From Eutreptiella sp. 'Long Island Sound 2002' (taxonomy: Eukaryota > Protista > Euglenida), in contig OZ038378.1 of the NCBI GenBank assembly GCA_964036045.1, forward strand, positions 162,874,001 through 162,938,000: a stretch of 64,000 nt of DNA, given 5' to 3'. The position numbers and the translations under genes were made by a program. Below, in pieces: positions 35,548 to 48,134 of this stretch (positions are counted from its first letter, which is position 1; each line of letters opens with the position of its first letter). Under the pieces are notes generated by a model. The model had not been told where the DNA came from and did no database searches. It saw only the letters and a list, made by a program, of their open reading frames with translations.

Positions 35548-36759
35548 AACACCTCATGTAACCCACAAAAAACACCCAGTGTACCGCTTTCAAACACACA
35601 AGGCATCGCCCATGCACACTTATTGTAGCCCATGGACGTGCTTGGGGTGACCTCAGACGACACTGGATGCTCAGTGCTGGTCCTGCGTGGCCACAGTGGT
35701 GGATGCTGTAAGGCACTGCTGCTGACACGAGTCGCCACACAGACAGAGGACTCGCAAATTCTGAGATTGATGGAGCAGGATGCATACGTGGTGGACGCCG
35801 GGGGGGGGGGGGGGGGGACTCCTCAGTTGTGGACGCCAACTACCCCCCCCAACTAACTGTTGGCCGGATGCCCCCTTGGAGGGGGGGGGGGGGGGCTTGG
35901 GAGGGGGGGTTCTGGGAGGGGCGATGGGGGGGGGGGGGTCTGGGGGGCTTTTGCCCGGGGGGGGGGGGGGGTTCCAGGAGGGTTGGTTGGGGGGGGGGGT
36001 CCAGGTGGGGGATTTGGGGGGCACATGCCCCCAAGGCCAAGCGTTGGTCCATCACAGGCTCCCCTTACCTCCCCTTGCCCTCCCTCTAACCATACCATCA
36101 CCCTAAACCGAACCCTAACCTTTGCAGCGAACTAGTTCAGCCATGCCAGCCATGTTGAAGGCTGAACAAGATCCCCCAAATTTCGTTCATGGCGGCTTTT
36201 GCCACATCATTGCTCTCCATTTTGGACCCCAACAATAACTCCGACCCTAGCCTAGGGTTAGAGCTAGGAGAACGCTTTCTGCGTGCCGCAGGCGCACCGC
36301 AGGTGCGCCGCAGGGTTTGAGAAACCTGTTTTATTGCAGCCTGTTCCGGAAACAAACCAGATAACTAAGAAATAGCTCAATGTGGGTGGCGGCGGCCCGC
36401 GCCAGGGGCCCCTTGTCCGCGGGCTGACGATTGCATTTAACAAGTGTCCCCCGCTACTGGGGAGAAATCAATGGCTCCCAATGCTCAGCACGGGGACAAA
36501 ATCAGAAGTGGCCCACATGTGGGCATAGTGGCTACCTAACCCTGCCCCCGGGTTGACACCCCGTAACATAACCCGTGCCTTCTCGAGGTCCCCATGGTAG
36601 GGAGAGATCAATATGGCTACATAAAAAGGCCATACTATATGGTAAAACCGGGCCCCATGCCCCCCGGGGAGCACAACAAGGTAGAATCTAAAAAGCTCCA
36701 CAAATTAGGCAAGTTTCCCAAAATGCGCACCGCAGGCGCCACAGGAAAAGCCTTCTCTA

Positions 36760-38810
36760 GGGTTAGGGTTAGGGCTAGGGTCACCGAGCTGGTGGAACCA
36801 GTCTTGGTTTTATAACCCTTTTTAGTGTCTAGGGTGGACCTACCAGGTTTAGCAGCAGCAGCAAGCAAGCAACAAGCAAGCAGCAAGCAAGCAGCAAGCA
36901 AGCAGCAGCACGCGCGAAATGGGTAAAAATCAGAATTCCGTCGTGGTGCTTTGGATTTGGTTGAGATTTGGGTGCATGATACCTATGGGTGTGAAGTACA
37001 ATCACACAAAGTTTGAGCGTGAAACTCGACGGTGGCGACCGGGAACGGGATTCGCAAGTGGCGGACCTCAGTTTCAAAAACTGCAGTTTAGGGCCAAAAA
37101 CAGCCATTTTGGGGCCAAAAAAGCCCTGGAACACATTCAAAACGGCCAAACAAAGGGAAACAGTGGGTACACTCCACGTGCAGCTTAACTTCCCCGTGTC
37201 AACGAGCTCTTTGCGGCCCTCTAACTCCATGATATGTCCCGGAAACGGCCCAAAAAGGCCCCCAGAAGCTCCAAATGCCGACAGCCACAAACCAAGAATA
37301 GGCCATATCTTTGGCTACATGGCTCAAAATGCGATTCCGAGGGCACCTACTCCACCCGCAACCCCCCACCTTTTGTGGTTTCCACCCCTCAGAATTGCCC
37401 AAACGGACTCCTAGACCCCAATACCTAGGCCCACTAGGCTGCGGCAAGCTGCAAGCTCAAGCCCAAACAGGTGGGTGCCCAAATGGGTCAACAGGGTCCA
37501 GTAGGGGCAAAAAGATGACTTTTCTCAAAAATGATCCTAGACCATGTGCCACGCTAAAACAAGTGTTTTTGGACCACTTTGAGCTTGTGGTGGCCCATTT
37601 TGGTCCTCCAAAAATCCCAAAATGCCTTGAAAATGGGCTCTTTTGGGACCAAAAATGGGTCAAAAGTGGGTCCAAAACGCATTTTTCCAAACCTCATCCT
37701 AGACCATTTGGGTTGCACAAACGGGTGAAATGAGCCCATTTTGAGCCCATTTTGGAGCATTTTGGCCCCTCAGAAGTCCAAAAAGTCTTGAAAGTGGGCC
37801 TCGTGGTGATGGGGTTCACTTGCAAGCTGATTTCACTTTGTCAAGAGCGATCAATGTGTGAATCATTCTTGTTGTCCCTCACCAGTCACAGCTGATGTTC
37901 CCTCCCCCACCAGCTCGGTCCCAATATTCAGTCTTGATTAGGGTTAGCGTCACCGAGCTGGTGGAACCAATCTTGGTTTTATAACCCTCTTTAGTGTCTA
38001 GGCTGGACCCACTAGGTTTAGCAAGCAAGTAGCAAGCAAGCAGCAAGCAAGTAGCAAGCACACGCGAAATAAGGAAAAATCACAGCTCAATCGTGGTGCT
38101 TCGGATTCGGCCAAAATTTTGGTGGATGCTACCTATGGGTGTGAGGGACAACCACACAACGTATGAGCCAGAAACTCAACACTAGCGGCCGGGAATGGGC
38201 ATCGCAAGTGCCAGACCTCCATTACAAAATCCGCAATTTAGGGCCAAAATCAGCCTTTTTTTGCCCAAAACCGCCCTAGAGCCTGCTGAAAACGGCCAAA
38301 TGAAGGGAAATAGTGGCTACTCTACACATGCAACTAGACTTCCCCGTGCCGAAGGGCCCTCTAGGGCCCTCTAACTCCACAATCTGTCCGCGAAACGCCC
38401 CCAAAAGGCCCCCAAAATTCCCAACCGTGGTTTTGACCCGCTTTTGAGCCATTTGTTGTCCCAAAACAGCCCCTTTTCAAGGCCCTTTTGGCCTTGAGAG
38501 GGGCCAAAATTGCTCAAAATGGGCTCAAATTGGGCTCATTCCACTTGTTCGTGCACGCCAAATAGTCCAAAAGTATCTTTGGAAAAACACATTTTTGATC
38601 CATTTGTGACTGATTTTTGGTCCCAAAACAGCCCATTTTCAAGGCATTTTGTGACCCTAAAATTGCTTGCAATGGGCTAGGGCTAGGCTTAGGGCTAGGG
38701 CTAGGGGTAGGGGTAGGGGTAGGGTTAGGACTAGGCTGAGGGTTAGGGTGGGTGTTAGGGTCAGGGTTGGGATAGGGTTAGTGTTGGGGTTAGTGTTAGT
38801 GTAAGGATAG
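36760..38810. repeat. Two diverged tandem copies of a repeat with TTAGGG-like caps, followed by a degenerate telomere-like tract
   Basis: (G)TCACCGAGCTGGTGGAACCA starts at about 36780 and 37950, each preceded by GGTTAG hexamers and followed by (GCAA)n. Degenerate (T/C)TAGGG array at about 38672-38810. Confidence 0.75.
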
Positions 38811-40722
38811 TGTTGGGATGCAAAATGGACAAAATTTTCCTTTGGGCGGCTTTGGTGCCCATGGAGCGTCGGGCTCATAGACTCCCATAGACTCCTAAGG
38901 GCAGCACCTTTGGCAACTAACTGTTGGCCGGAGGCCCCTAGGGGGGGGGGGGGGGCTAGTTGGCGTCCTAGAGCCCGCGGAATTGCCCTCCCCCGGGGGT
39001 GGACGATGGGGGAGTCATGGAAGGATGTGGCCAGTAAAATATTATACTTGAACCGACACACACACACACACACACACTCACTCACACACACACACACACA
39101 CACACTGCATGTAACCCCACAGTGTTGTCACATCGTGCCAGGGTACAGGGAGCAGGGGTGCGTTGTGCAGGGTCAGCAAGAGTCACAATTTAATGTGGCA
39201 AGGGCTACACCGCTGATTTCATGTGGCAAGGGCTACACCGCTGCGTCTTGGCAAGATGGCTCTTGGCGCGGTTTTGTCTTTTCTTTTCGTTCTTCGAGGG
39301 AGTTTGGCGATGGAAACATACCATCCCAAAATCATGATGTGAATGCGGGAAATTGTTCGTTTTTTGGGACGGTGGAGGGCCCAGGAGTGGGAAAACGCTG
39401 CCTTGCGAATGTGATGGAAAATGCAAACCAACTTAAACACGATCAGGGCCTGGCCATTCAACTGCCATCAGGGTCGAAGATCTAGATACTCAGACTCACC
39501 CAAAGCACTGCGGATGGCTCAGTGATGGAGTGAGGCTCAGGGACACAGGGAAGGCACACACCCACTGTGTACTTGTATGATCCATGCACCGTTGCAAAAA
39601 CCATCTGTACACAAACAGAGCGTTCCGGAACACAAGCGCACACAGCAAACACAGGCACCCAGCCCTGCCAAAAAACGACCAGCGCCAGCGATGCTTCACA
39701 TTCAATCATTCTCATACAGTGAAATTTGGGGGTGCTTACCACCACCGATGTAGGGAATCAGATCACCAAGTGGCGTTTTGGGGAACAGTAAGGGTGGCTT
39801 GGCATTGTGGTCTGTGGGCACACAAGGGACACCCGGGCCCTTGTGCGGGAGGCCGAGCCTGCGGAACCCCGGAAGCCCGCCTGGGCCCACGCTTGAATGC
39901 CTGGTCACTACAACGAATGGTCCGGGGGCCGAGGGCGCACTTCTGTGTGTTTTACTGGTTTTGTATGCAACTGGTGGGGGTGGCAGGTTGCCATTCCAGT
40001 CAAAGTAGTAGGTAAGGGGGGAGGGGGCAGGGGGCAAAGGGCAACTCTTTTACCTCATGGGAGATGGAGGGTGGACCTTGCACAGACGACTGGGGATGGA
40101 CATTGGGGATACCTCCCATGCCTCAGGGGTGCCTCCGGTGAGAAGACCAATGTATTGATCGATTGAAAACAGGAGTCTGGGACATTGGACATTGTTGTTG
40201 ACATGTGGAATGTGCGGTGTTGTCCCAGTGCATCCGTGCATTTGGACTGCTGCAGACTGGCAGACAACAGGACTGCAGGAGCAACTGCATAGCGGGGCAA
40301 AAGGGACACCATACTTAAAAAAGTACCTACACTTTTGAGCATGCTGAAGCTGTGTTGAAGACATGTGGGAGTCTTCTGATGGCAGGGGTGCGATTTAGTT
40401 TGCTGTTGATTGACGACGCACGCCTTCAGCGACTAACAGAGACGGGCGTGCTGTCTGCTGCGGTCATGGAGTGGCAATGCAGCATCGCCAAAGCCCTGAT
40501 CTGCAAAGTTATTTGCAAAAGGCCTGACACAGGCAAAGAAAAGCGTGGACATGGCGGAATACCAATGACCGGTCTGATATGATTTGCCCAGCGAAATGAA
40601 AGAGATGTGCATCAATGACAGTGCTCATCAACGGCACGTGCACAAGGGTCGGGGGCGGGGGGGGGGGGAGTGAATAACACAGAACCATATGAAGACCAGC
40701 AATGGCCAATTGATTGACATAC

Positions 40723-40846
40723 GTCCCCCATCGCTGCTGCATCTGCTTTGAAAGTCGACACGTCATGCTCCGTCTTCACTTTGCCATAAATGTCCTTGGT
40801 CAGAACCTCCATAATCGCTGGGCGGCCCTTGTAGGCAGCCTTCGCA
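40723..40846 (-). CDS. NXF1: NXF1-like, NTF2-like domain exon
   Basis: cttcAG|T GCG...GAC|GTATGT. Encodes AKAAYKGRPAIMEVLTKDIYGKVKTEHDVSTFKAD (KT.HD..SF..D motif). Confidence 0.85.
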
Positions 40847-41330
40847 CTGAAGGGCAGAGCATTCGCTGGTGAGGGGCACGGCAGTCAAGGGAAGGGGAAC
40901 CAGCCGTTACGGGCAGCAGACTTGTCAGAGGTGTCAGAGGTGTCAGAGGTGGAGTGGGCACACCTCCTTTTCTGCCTCCTCAAGGGGTCTGAGGAGGGCT
41001 GAAGGTGCACGGGGCCTCACTGTGCAGGTGTTTGATCTCCCCTCCCAGAGTTCTGCTTAAAGGGGGGGGGGGGTTGGCACGAGGGCACAGTGTGGGTTTG
41101 TTAGCCTTTGGCGGTGCCTATTGGCCTCTCGCCCTTGCACATTCTGACCCTCTGCGGGCCCGGACGTGTCAACGGAGCCCCTGGATGACTTGTCCTGTTT
41201 GACCATTCGGGGGGATAGGAGGGGGGGGGGGGGTCTGGAACGCAAAAGTCCAACAGTTTGTGTACCAAAAATGGTCATCAAACAATATTTCCTTTGTAAA
41301 CTTCATTTTTTCCCACGATGAAATCTGGGT

Positions 41331-41981
41331 GTGAAAAATGTAAGTCGTGTGAAAAAAAATCGTCTAGTCGTGTGAATTATAAAAAAATTGATTTTTTTTT
41401 GCGGTAAGTGCGTGTAATTTTTTTTTTTGCGATAAGTCGTGTAAATTATAAAAAAAAAATGAAAAATTGACAGAAATGCAACCTTTGCAATACATGCGCA
41501 ATATGTACAGCTGCCGGTTCCGTACGGCTCCCCATAGCGACCTTAATGATGGGACGCCGAGTCCACAAAGCACATAGTACTCTGCGTGGCCACCAATTAG
41601 TTGGGACTCGGCCAATATAACATGGTTTCACATGCTGTCATTGGCACTAGACTCAAAATCAGGCCCAAGAAAAGAGTCATGACAGGGCCATGGCCAACAT
41701 CCAGTGTGCCAGCACTGGGAACAAAATCAGGCTCAAGAAAAAGAGTCCTGACAGGGCCATGGCCAACGCTAGTGCCACCATTATAGGCCACCAAGGCACT
41801 GGTATGGGGCCAATATAACATAATGTGTACAGAAAATTCGTCAAGTCGTGTAATTTTTTTTGCGGTAATGCGTGTCAACGGCTTACACGACTTAGCGCAC
41901 AAAAAAAAATTACACGACTAGACGATTTTCTTGTTACACACATTTACCGCAAAAAAAAATTACACGAATTACAACATACAC
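41331..41981. mobile_element. Mutator-like (MULE) MITE nested in another repeat, inside an NXF1 intron
   Basis: 9-bp TSD AATCTGGGT at 41322-30 and 41982-90. Imperfect TIR GTGAAAAATGTAAGTCGTGT / rc GTGTATGTTGTAATTCGTGT. Many AGTCGTGTAA / TTACACGACT subterminal motifs. Internal tandem duplication of about 65 bp. Confidence 0.78.
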
Positions 41982-42841
41982 AATCTGGGTCCGAGGGGAG
42001 GGAAGACCCCCCCTAAGGAGATGCTGAGTTGTTAAGCAAAACGCTGCCCCTCACGCTCTCGTGGCGCTGGGATGCTTCCGTCTCTGGTCCCCGTGGTCAG
42101 GGCCCCGGAAGAGACCATGAGGGGAGCATTCTAAAGGGGACGGGATGGGTCGCAGCGCTGCTTGCGTACCCCGGAAGCCCAGCATCTGAAAGGCGCATTC
42201 GCATACTTCCACCCATTGTCCCTCGGAGAGACTCGCACTGCACGCAGCGTTCCCCTCGTCACAGTGTCCCAGGCGGAAAAACCAAATTGCTTGGTGCACG
42301 CGTGAGAGAAGACATGTGGACCTTCACCACCATCAATATCACACTCCACCTGAGCGGAGGGGGGGGCGGGGGCTGTAGTGTTCTTGCAACGTGCCTCGTC
42401 GCATGCCATGAGTCTTCCGCAGTTGTGTTGTGCCCTGGAAAGGGCCACAAAGGGTTCGTCTCACTGCACTCAGCTCCAGCCACGCCTGCCATCACCCTCA
42501 GTTTCAGTGGTCCATGTGTCCTCCGCGCAGTTCATTGAAACACCTTCTGATTGGAAAGGGAGAGGGGGGGGGGTGCTTTCATTTGTGGTTGTGGTGGTGC
42601 AGACCCATGCACGCCAGCAGAACCAGCAAACTTACTTGCCACTGCACCAGAACGGAGGCTCAGGAAGCGGTGCCGCAACACAACTCCCGGGTCACATCCG
42701 CGGATGCCATGACACTTGTCGGGGCTGCGTGTCCTTGCACAGCAGTCCAGCCCCACGCCCCGCACACAAGTATTGCGTGCACAGCTCAAACACACACGAT
42801 GCCTCCGCCCTCCGGCGGCCATTGCTGCGGCACAGACATAC

Positions 42842-43053
42842 GGTTTCTTCCGAATTTCTCTGATTCTGATGTTATGGTTCTTTTGCTGCATCAGCTTGTC
42901 ATGGTATGCGGCCGCAGGGCCCTTGTACACTTTGGTGCTGGGCTCACAGACAAGTGAGAGCCATGAGTCCTTGCCATAAGCATCCAGCAAGCCGTCGTAG
43001 TCCTGGTTGTCCACAGCTGCAAAATACATCCGCAGCATCTGAAACAGCAGCTC
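42842..43053 (-). CDS. NXF1: NXF1-like, NTF2-like domain exon
   Basis: tgcAG|GAG CTG...AAA CC|GTATGT. Encodes ELLFQMLRMYFAAVDNQDYDGLLDAYGKDSWLSL...NHNIR, matching the start of the NXF NTF2-like domain (F..YY..YD..DR..LL.AY). Confidence 0.85.
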
Positions 43054-43914
43054 CTGCATACATCACCGATGCAGTGGTCAGGTCACATGCAAGAGGACAA
43101 CGCCCATTGCAGTCCGTCACGCGCTGTTGGTTGCCTGACCGCCCCCGGTACACCCACTGAGCCAGGCGACCAAGCCGGCAACAAAACAGTCCGCCATTTG
43201 TTGGTTTCAACCGCCCATACCTATGCACGGGGCCTCGGGCCCTGCACCAGAAAGCGAATCCGACGTTCTACTCCAGTCTGTGACTGCTTGCACCCTTACG
43301 CTGTGATGAAGTGCGCGTGATGCCGCCCGTTGCGCGCAAACGGTTGCACTATTTCGTGGGCACAGCCATGCGCCATGCATGTACGAGGGGAGGTTGGTGT
43401 ACACGACTTGGAGGTGCTAAAGGGTGGTAGTTCGAGCCCCTTTCGGGCATACCTCCGCGGGCTTTAGGGCTCCCGCTATGCAAGGCCGGTTTGGTCGGGG
43501 TGATGAGGGGATGCGCGTACTGTAGGTCAGTTCCATGTCGGGTAGTACATACGGGTCCAGTTCTCAGGCCTCACAGCTACTTTCCAAATGAAGGCAATCC
43601 AGCTTTGAAGGGCAGGATGCATGGCCCAAAGCCGTTGCCTTTGTCTTCTGCATCAGTGGGGAACAGTGTCTTTTTTGCGATCCAAGTCGAGGCGCGGCGC
43701 CTGAACACTGGGCATTTCAGGAGAAAATTGGTTCCGGTACCGCAATGGGCTCTAGAAACATGCACCAATTGACTGATATTGGGTGTAATGGCTTCAGGAA
43801 GGGGAGCATCCGAAAAGGGTGGGCAGGTTATTGAGCAGTACAATCCTACACATCAGCATAAGAGGGCATGCAGATGGGAGCAGTGAGTGCATGGCATGAC
43901 AGGACTCAGCATAC

Positions 43915-44063
43915 TCTACTATCATCAGGAATACAGCAATCCTGTGGCTCCGGCAGTTTGATCAACAACTCTTTGCGCCATTCCCTCACTGACACGGAGT
44001 CCAGCAGTTCAATGGTTCGCAGTTTCTTCACGACATATTTGTGGTACTCATCTCCCTTTTTGA
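43915..44063 (-). CDS. NXF1: NXF1-like, LRR cap and linker exon
   Basis: tcacAG|TC AAA...AGA|GTATGC. Phases match both neighbours. Encodes KKGDEYHKYVVKKLRTIELLDSVSV...LPEP (LRRcap Y...L..LD motif). Confidence 0.82.
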
Positions 44064-44388
44064 CTGTGAACGGGAAGTGGATTGATGTTATGGAAGACGT
44101 TGTCAATTTTTTTTTACGGAAGAGGTTGTCAATTAAAAAAGAAAAACGTCGTTCATAATCCACCCCATCGCCCCCGAGGTGTCCGTCCGCTTCCCAGTAA
44201 TGCAGGAACCAACTTTGGGCAAAATAGCCACCCACAAGGAAAACCTCGATTGCATATTGGAACAAATGCACACAATAGGTGGCTGGGTGCTATGAGATAC
44301 TGAAACACTCCAAGTGCACCTTAGAGGTGGGGATGAGCGTCATGCCGAAAGCAAACATCCAAAATGAGGCTCGTGCTGAGAGGCAGAC

Positions 44389-44519
44389 CTATGGGGTTGT
44401 CATGCAGCAGCAGTTCTCGGAGCTTCAGAGGCACCAACCAATCCACTTCTGCCGAATCAGCGATGTCATTGTTGGCTAGCGCCAAGTTCTGAATTCGCAC
44501 ATCCTTGTTCACGAACGCC
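44389..44519 (-). CDS. NXF1: NXF1/TAP/Mex67-like mRNA export factor, LRR exon
   Basis: tctAG|G GCG...ATA G|GTCTGC. Encodes AFVNKDVRIQNLALANNDIADSAEVDWLVPLKLRELLLHDNPI, two LxxLxLxxN repeats as in the NXF1 LRR. Confidence 0.82.
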
Positions 44520-46466
44520 CTAGATACATGAAAGATGTGTCTGGCCACACATGCTTTGCATCAATTGTAAGAATCATGTGAACATGTCACGGGTCAACAT
44601 GCCCGTACACGAATCAGTGGAGCCTGAACCTGAAATCTCGCTCCTCGCCACCACTCGGCCCTGCCAATATTGATGGTGCAACCAACACTCCGGAAGAACC
44701 GGTCATGCATCAACTGGCCCGGATGGCCACCACTAGTTTTTTTTTGTTTTGAACTCTGACTTATGTTTGCCTTGTAAATGCTCAGCATCAGTCATTTAGT
44801 TAGCCCTGGGGGGATCGGATGGAGACCTGTTCTTCACTCCAAGATGTGACCTCTGAATTGACATAATGCTTTCAACATCAGGAAGGTCCATCTGTGCACT
44901 GTCAGTATCACCATCATTGTCACTGTCAACCCATCCCTCCTTGTTATAAAGAGGGAGGGAGGGTGAATGGGTGGGCCCACAGGGAAAGGGCCCCTCAGAG
45001 GGGATCAGTGGTGCATAGGAATGGACTCCCAAGAGGAAGCTTTTTCCCAAGGTGGCTCCAAATGGTGTTGCCACTGTGCCACAGGTTGCCTTGAGATTGC
45101 TAGCTGGCCATTGAGTGTTTCCAGCAAAGCGAAACCAAAATGTTCCTGTTGGCCGTCTCACCTAATGGTGGCGTTTTTGTGCAACCCTAGTGGAGAATGC
45201 TGCCTTGGATTTGTCAAAAAATCAGTCTGACAGTCGGTGTGAATGCCACTGGGGTGTAACAAGCTGAGGAGAACCTTCCCAGCTTATCCCCTTGCCCAAG
45301 CCCCGTTGCTCTGCCTGCGCCAAATAACATTTCTCTTGCTTTCCCTAAACATCATCTATGCCATAGCTCAATCTTGGATGCAGCAGAGGTGACAATTGTT
45401 GCCCACTAGTACATGCATGAGTGCGACTGCCATTAGGACTAGTGTGGCCTACAAACACCGGCACCCAGTTGCCTCATCTCTCAAAATTTAACAAAGAATT
45501 AAGGCTGTTCTGGTAATTGTGGTTTGTTCCCACCTCATGGGTCCCGAGATCTTGATCATTTGTTCCATGGCAAGCCCCTGTTCTTGCACGGTCTGGTCAT
45601 GTGCCTTTCAAAGAATTGGTGTTTACTTTGGATGCTGAATATGTTTGCGGTGGCTGTTGGTTGGATCATACTACAGCCATGCATCCCGCCCTTTAATTGT
45701 CTGGACTTTCCTTAGTAAAAAAAAAAAAACTTCGGGCGTCCTTTACAGCAGCGGGGAAAATAGATGTACACGACCCCACTTGCCACCGTGAACTAAAACG
45801 GCACTTGCTCCAGGCTTTTGAGAAAGAGACATGCATCCATTATGCATTGGCTACTTGCAAAAGCAACCACAAACACTCCCGAAGAAATGAATATGTACAT
45901 GGGTGAGTTCCGTACCACCCCCTCGTAGCGGCCTACCGACGAGACGCTGGGTGACGGGTTGCAATGCAATCCCCTGTGGCCACCCCTAAAGGGCACCTGG
46001 CCTAATTCTAAGGGGGGGGGGGGGTAGGGGGAAGGGGTGGTGCCATGCAGCATCTAGGTTAGCAAGCGTAAATGAAAAAGAGGGCCTGAAGCAGAAGTAT
46101 AAAGGCACTGCACGAAGCAACTCGGAACGGTGGCCCCTGACCACACGGCGCTAGGCTACAATACGTTCCTACCCGCCACATGTCAATGCTCTCCATTTCC
46201 CGGGCCGTTCAAATCACAAATGTCATTTTTCCATTTAAAGAGCTGCATGGGTTAAGAGGGGCAGGGTTGGGGGCGGGGATAAGGGATGGGGCCACGGCTG
46301 CTGGTCGAAGCTCCGAAGCATAGTCGCCAACAGTTGCCCATACCGAAGGCTACCAGCCTGGCGTGCTACGGGGAAACTTGCTGTAGATTTAAAATTTGCT
46401 GAAAGCGGCAAATAACAGCAAAATCCACCGCACAAATATGATGATTATGGTCAAAGAGCTACATGG

Positions 46467-46885
46467 CTTAAGGGGGGGGTGGGGTCACTAATGGGGTCCG
46501 GGGCCATGGCTTCCGGAATTGCTACATAACCCTTGCATTCACGGGGGTCCCCTAACAAGGGGACAAAATCAAAAGTGGCTACCTCACCCCTGCCTTCTCA
46601 GGGGCCCAAAAGTGGGCGGAATTGCTACGTAACCCCTGCATTCTCGGGGGTCCCCAAACGAGGGGACAACTCAAGGGGCCATGCAAAAACATGGGAGGCC
46701 ATCGCACCATGAGAACAAAATCAGAAGTGGTCCACAAGTGGGCGGATTGGCTACATAACCCCTACCTGACGAGAACGAAATCAGATTTGGCCCGGAAACA
46801 GGTGGATAGGTTATATAACCCTTGCCCTCGGGGGGGCGGGGGGCGGGGGGTGCCGTACGCTCCACCGACCCTTGCACGTAAGGCC
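46467..46885. repeat. GCTACATAACCC-motif repeat family (also about 36495-36700 and 47140-47250)
   Basis: Recurring subunit AAAATCAGAAGTGG...GCTACATAACCC..TGC.TTCTCGGGGGTCCCC. Confidence 0.65.
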
Positions 46886-48134
46886 TAGTGGTTGATGGTA
46901 TGAGTGTAGTCGTTCCTTAACAAAAAAAAAACTCTGGTTGTCTTTAAGGAACGTCATGTGAACTGAACCATGAATAGTGCAACTCACATCAGTTTTTCCG
47001 TTGCATTGTGCTGCATTGTGGCAGGGAAGGGTGACATCCCCTTTGCTACAATGCCAAAAAAAAAATTATCCTTTGCTTTGATGTTTTTGCTTTATGTGTA
47101 TGTGACCATTGCTACCTTGGGGCCACCAATTTGGGGAAGAGTCAAAGCTTGCCTTCCAGGGTCTCCAAAGCGGAAATCAAAGTGGCAACATAACCCCTAC
47201 CTTCTGGTCCTAGAGTGGCTGCATACCCCATGCCTCCTTGGAGTCCTTAGGGTGGATAGCGCTTGGTGTATTGGGGTCAGGGTCATTTCAACCTAAATGT
47301 CTGGTGCACTGATGTTCCTTTTGTAAGAATGGAAGAGGAGGCAGTCCCCCCCCCCCAACCACTTCATGGCTGAAACACACCAACCATACTAGATTCCAAC
47401 TCTGTGGTATCCTTCTCATAGGTGCTCAGTTGCTCTAGTGTGTGGCACTCAATGAAGACTATCACCACAGTTAGTCCTCTACATTCTGGTTCCCTTTTCT
47501 TCTCTGCATCTAAGCCCATGGGAGCCCTCCACACCTTGAATAAGTGGCCATGCAGTTGGTCCTCATTCCCCTCCGGCCCCATCCCTGAAGGGCCGAACAG
47601 CCATGACACCTCCCTCTCCATTGTTTCACAAGTAACTTGAGGAGCTCTCCCCACAAATCCATGTTGGATGGCGCCCTAAACAAACAAGTAGCATGGGTTT
47701 GTGCAAACAAATAGTTCAGGTCCTTGCAAATGGTGCAAACACTTGGTTCACTGCCATTGAATCTCCCCAATAATTTTTGTTAACTGGAGACCAAAATTCC
47801 ACCAAGTGTTCACAGGGCGTTCACAAAGCCATTCATGGGTCGGCGACAGGCTTTTGTGTGGGTGAGGGTCAGGGTTACCTTGCCTGGTCCCGCATAAAGT
47901 ACGGTGGGGTGGTGGGAGGAACGAGTCCTGCACCTTGCCACCCCACCCCCCACACACACTCTCCCTGTAGAAACGGTACAAGTGCCCTCACAGACCTCCC
48001 AGGGGGTGTGACTGACAATCCGGTTAAAATGATGGCAGTCTTGCAAAGGTAACTACATGTACCACATATATTAGGGAACCTTCACCACCGCTGCATGCTA
48101 TCCCCACCCTTGGGCGCTTGGGCTGTGCGTCAAC

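Noticed and set aside
36415-36480. Hammerhead ribozyme candidate (CTGACGA...GAAA)
   Set aside because: I could not form stems I-III around the core motifs.
39322-39449. Candidate NXF1 exon (ALIVFKLVC...AAFSHSWAL)
   Set aside because: A much better match to the same strand (KSFDRIFVLRP) exists at 35323-35392, and the end phase does not fit that exon.
42040-42200. Structured ncRNA (branched hairpin)
   Set aside because: Stems are short in GC-rich sequence and match no RNA family I recognise.
43405-43460. tRNA or tRNA-derived SINE (GTTCGAGCCC B-box-like motif in a hairpin); similar motifs at about 10080, 26216 and 27536
   Set aside because: No cloverleaf, no A-box at proper spacing and no acceptor stem. 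Only a simple hairpin is supported.
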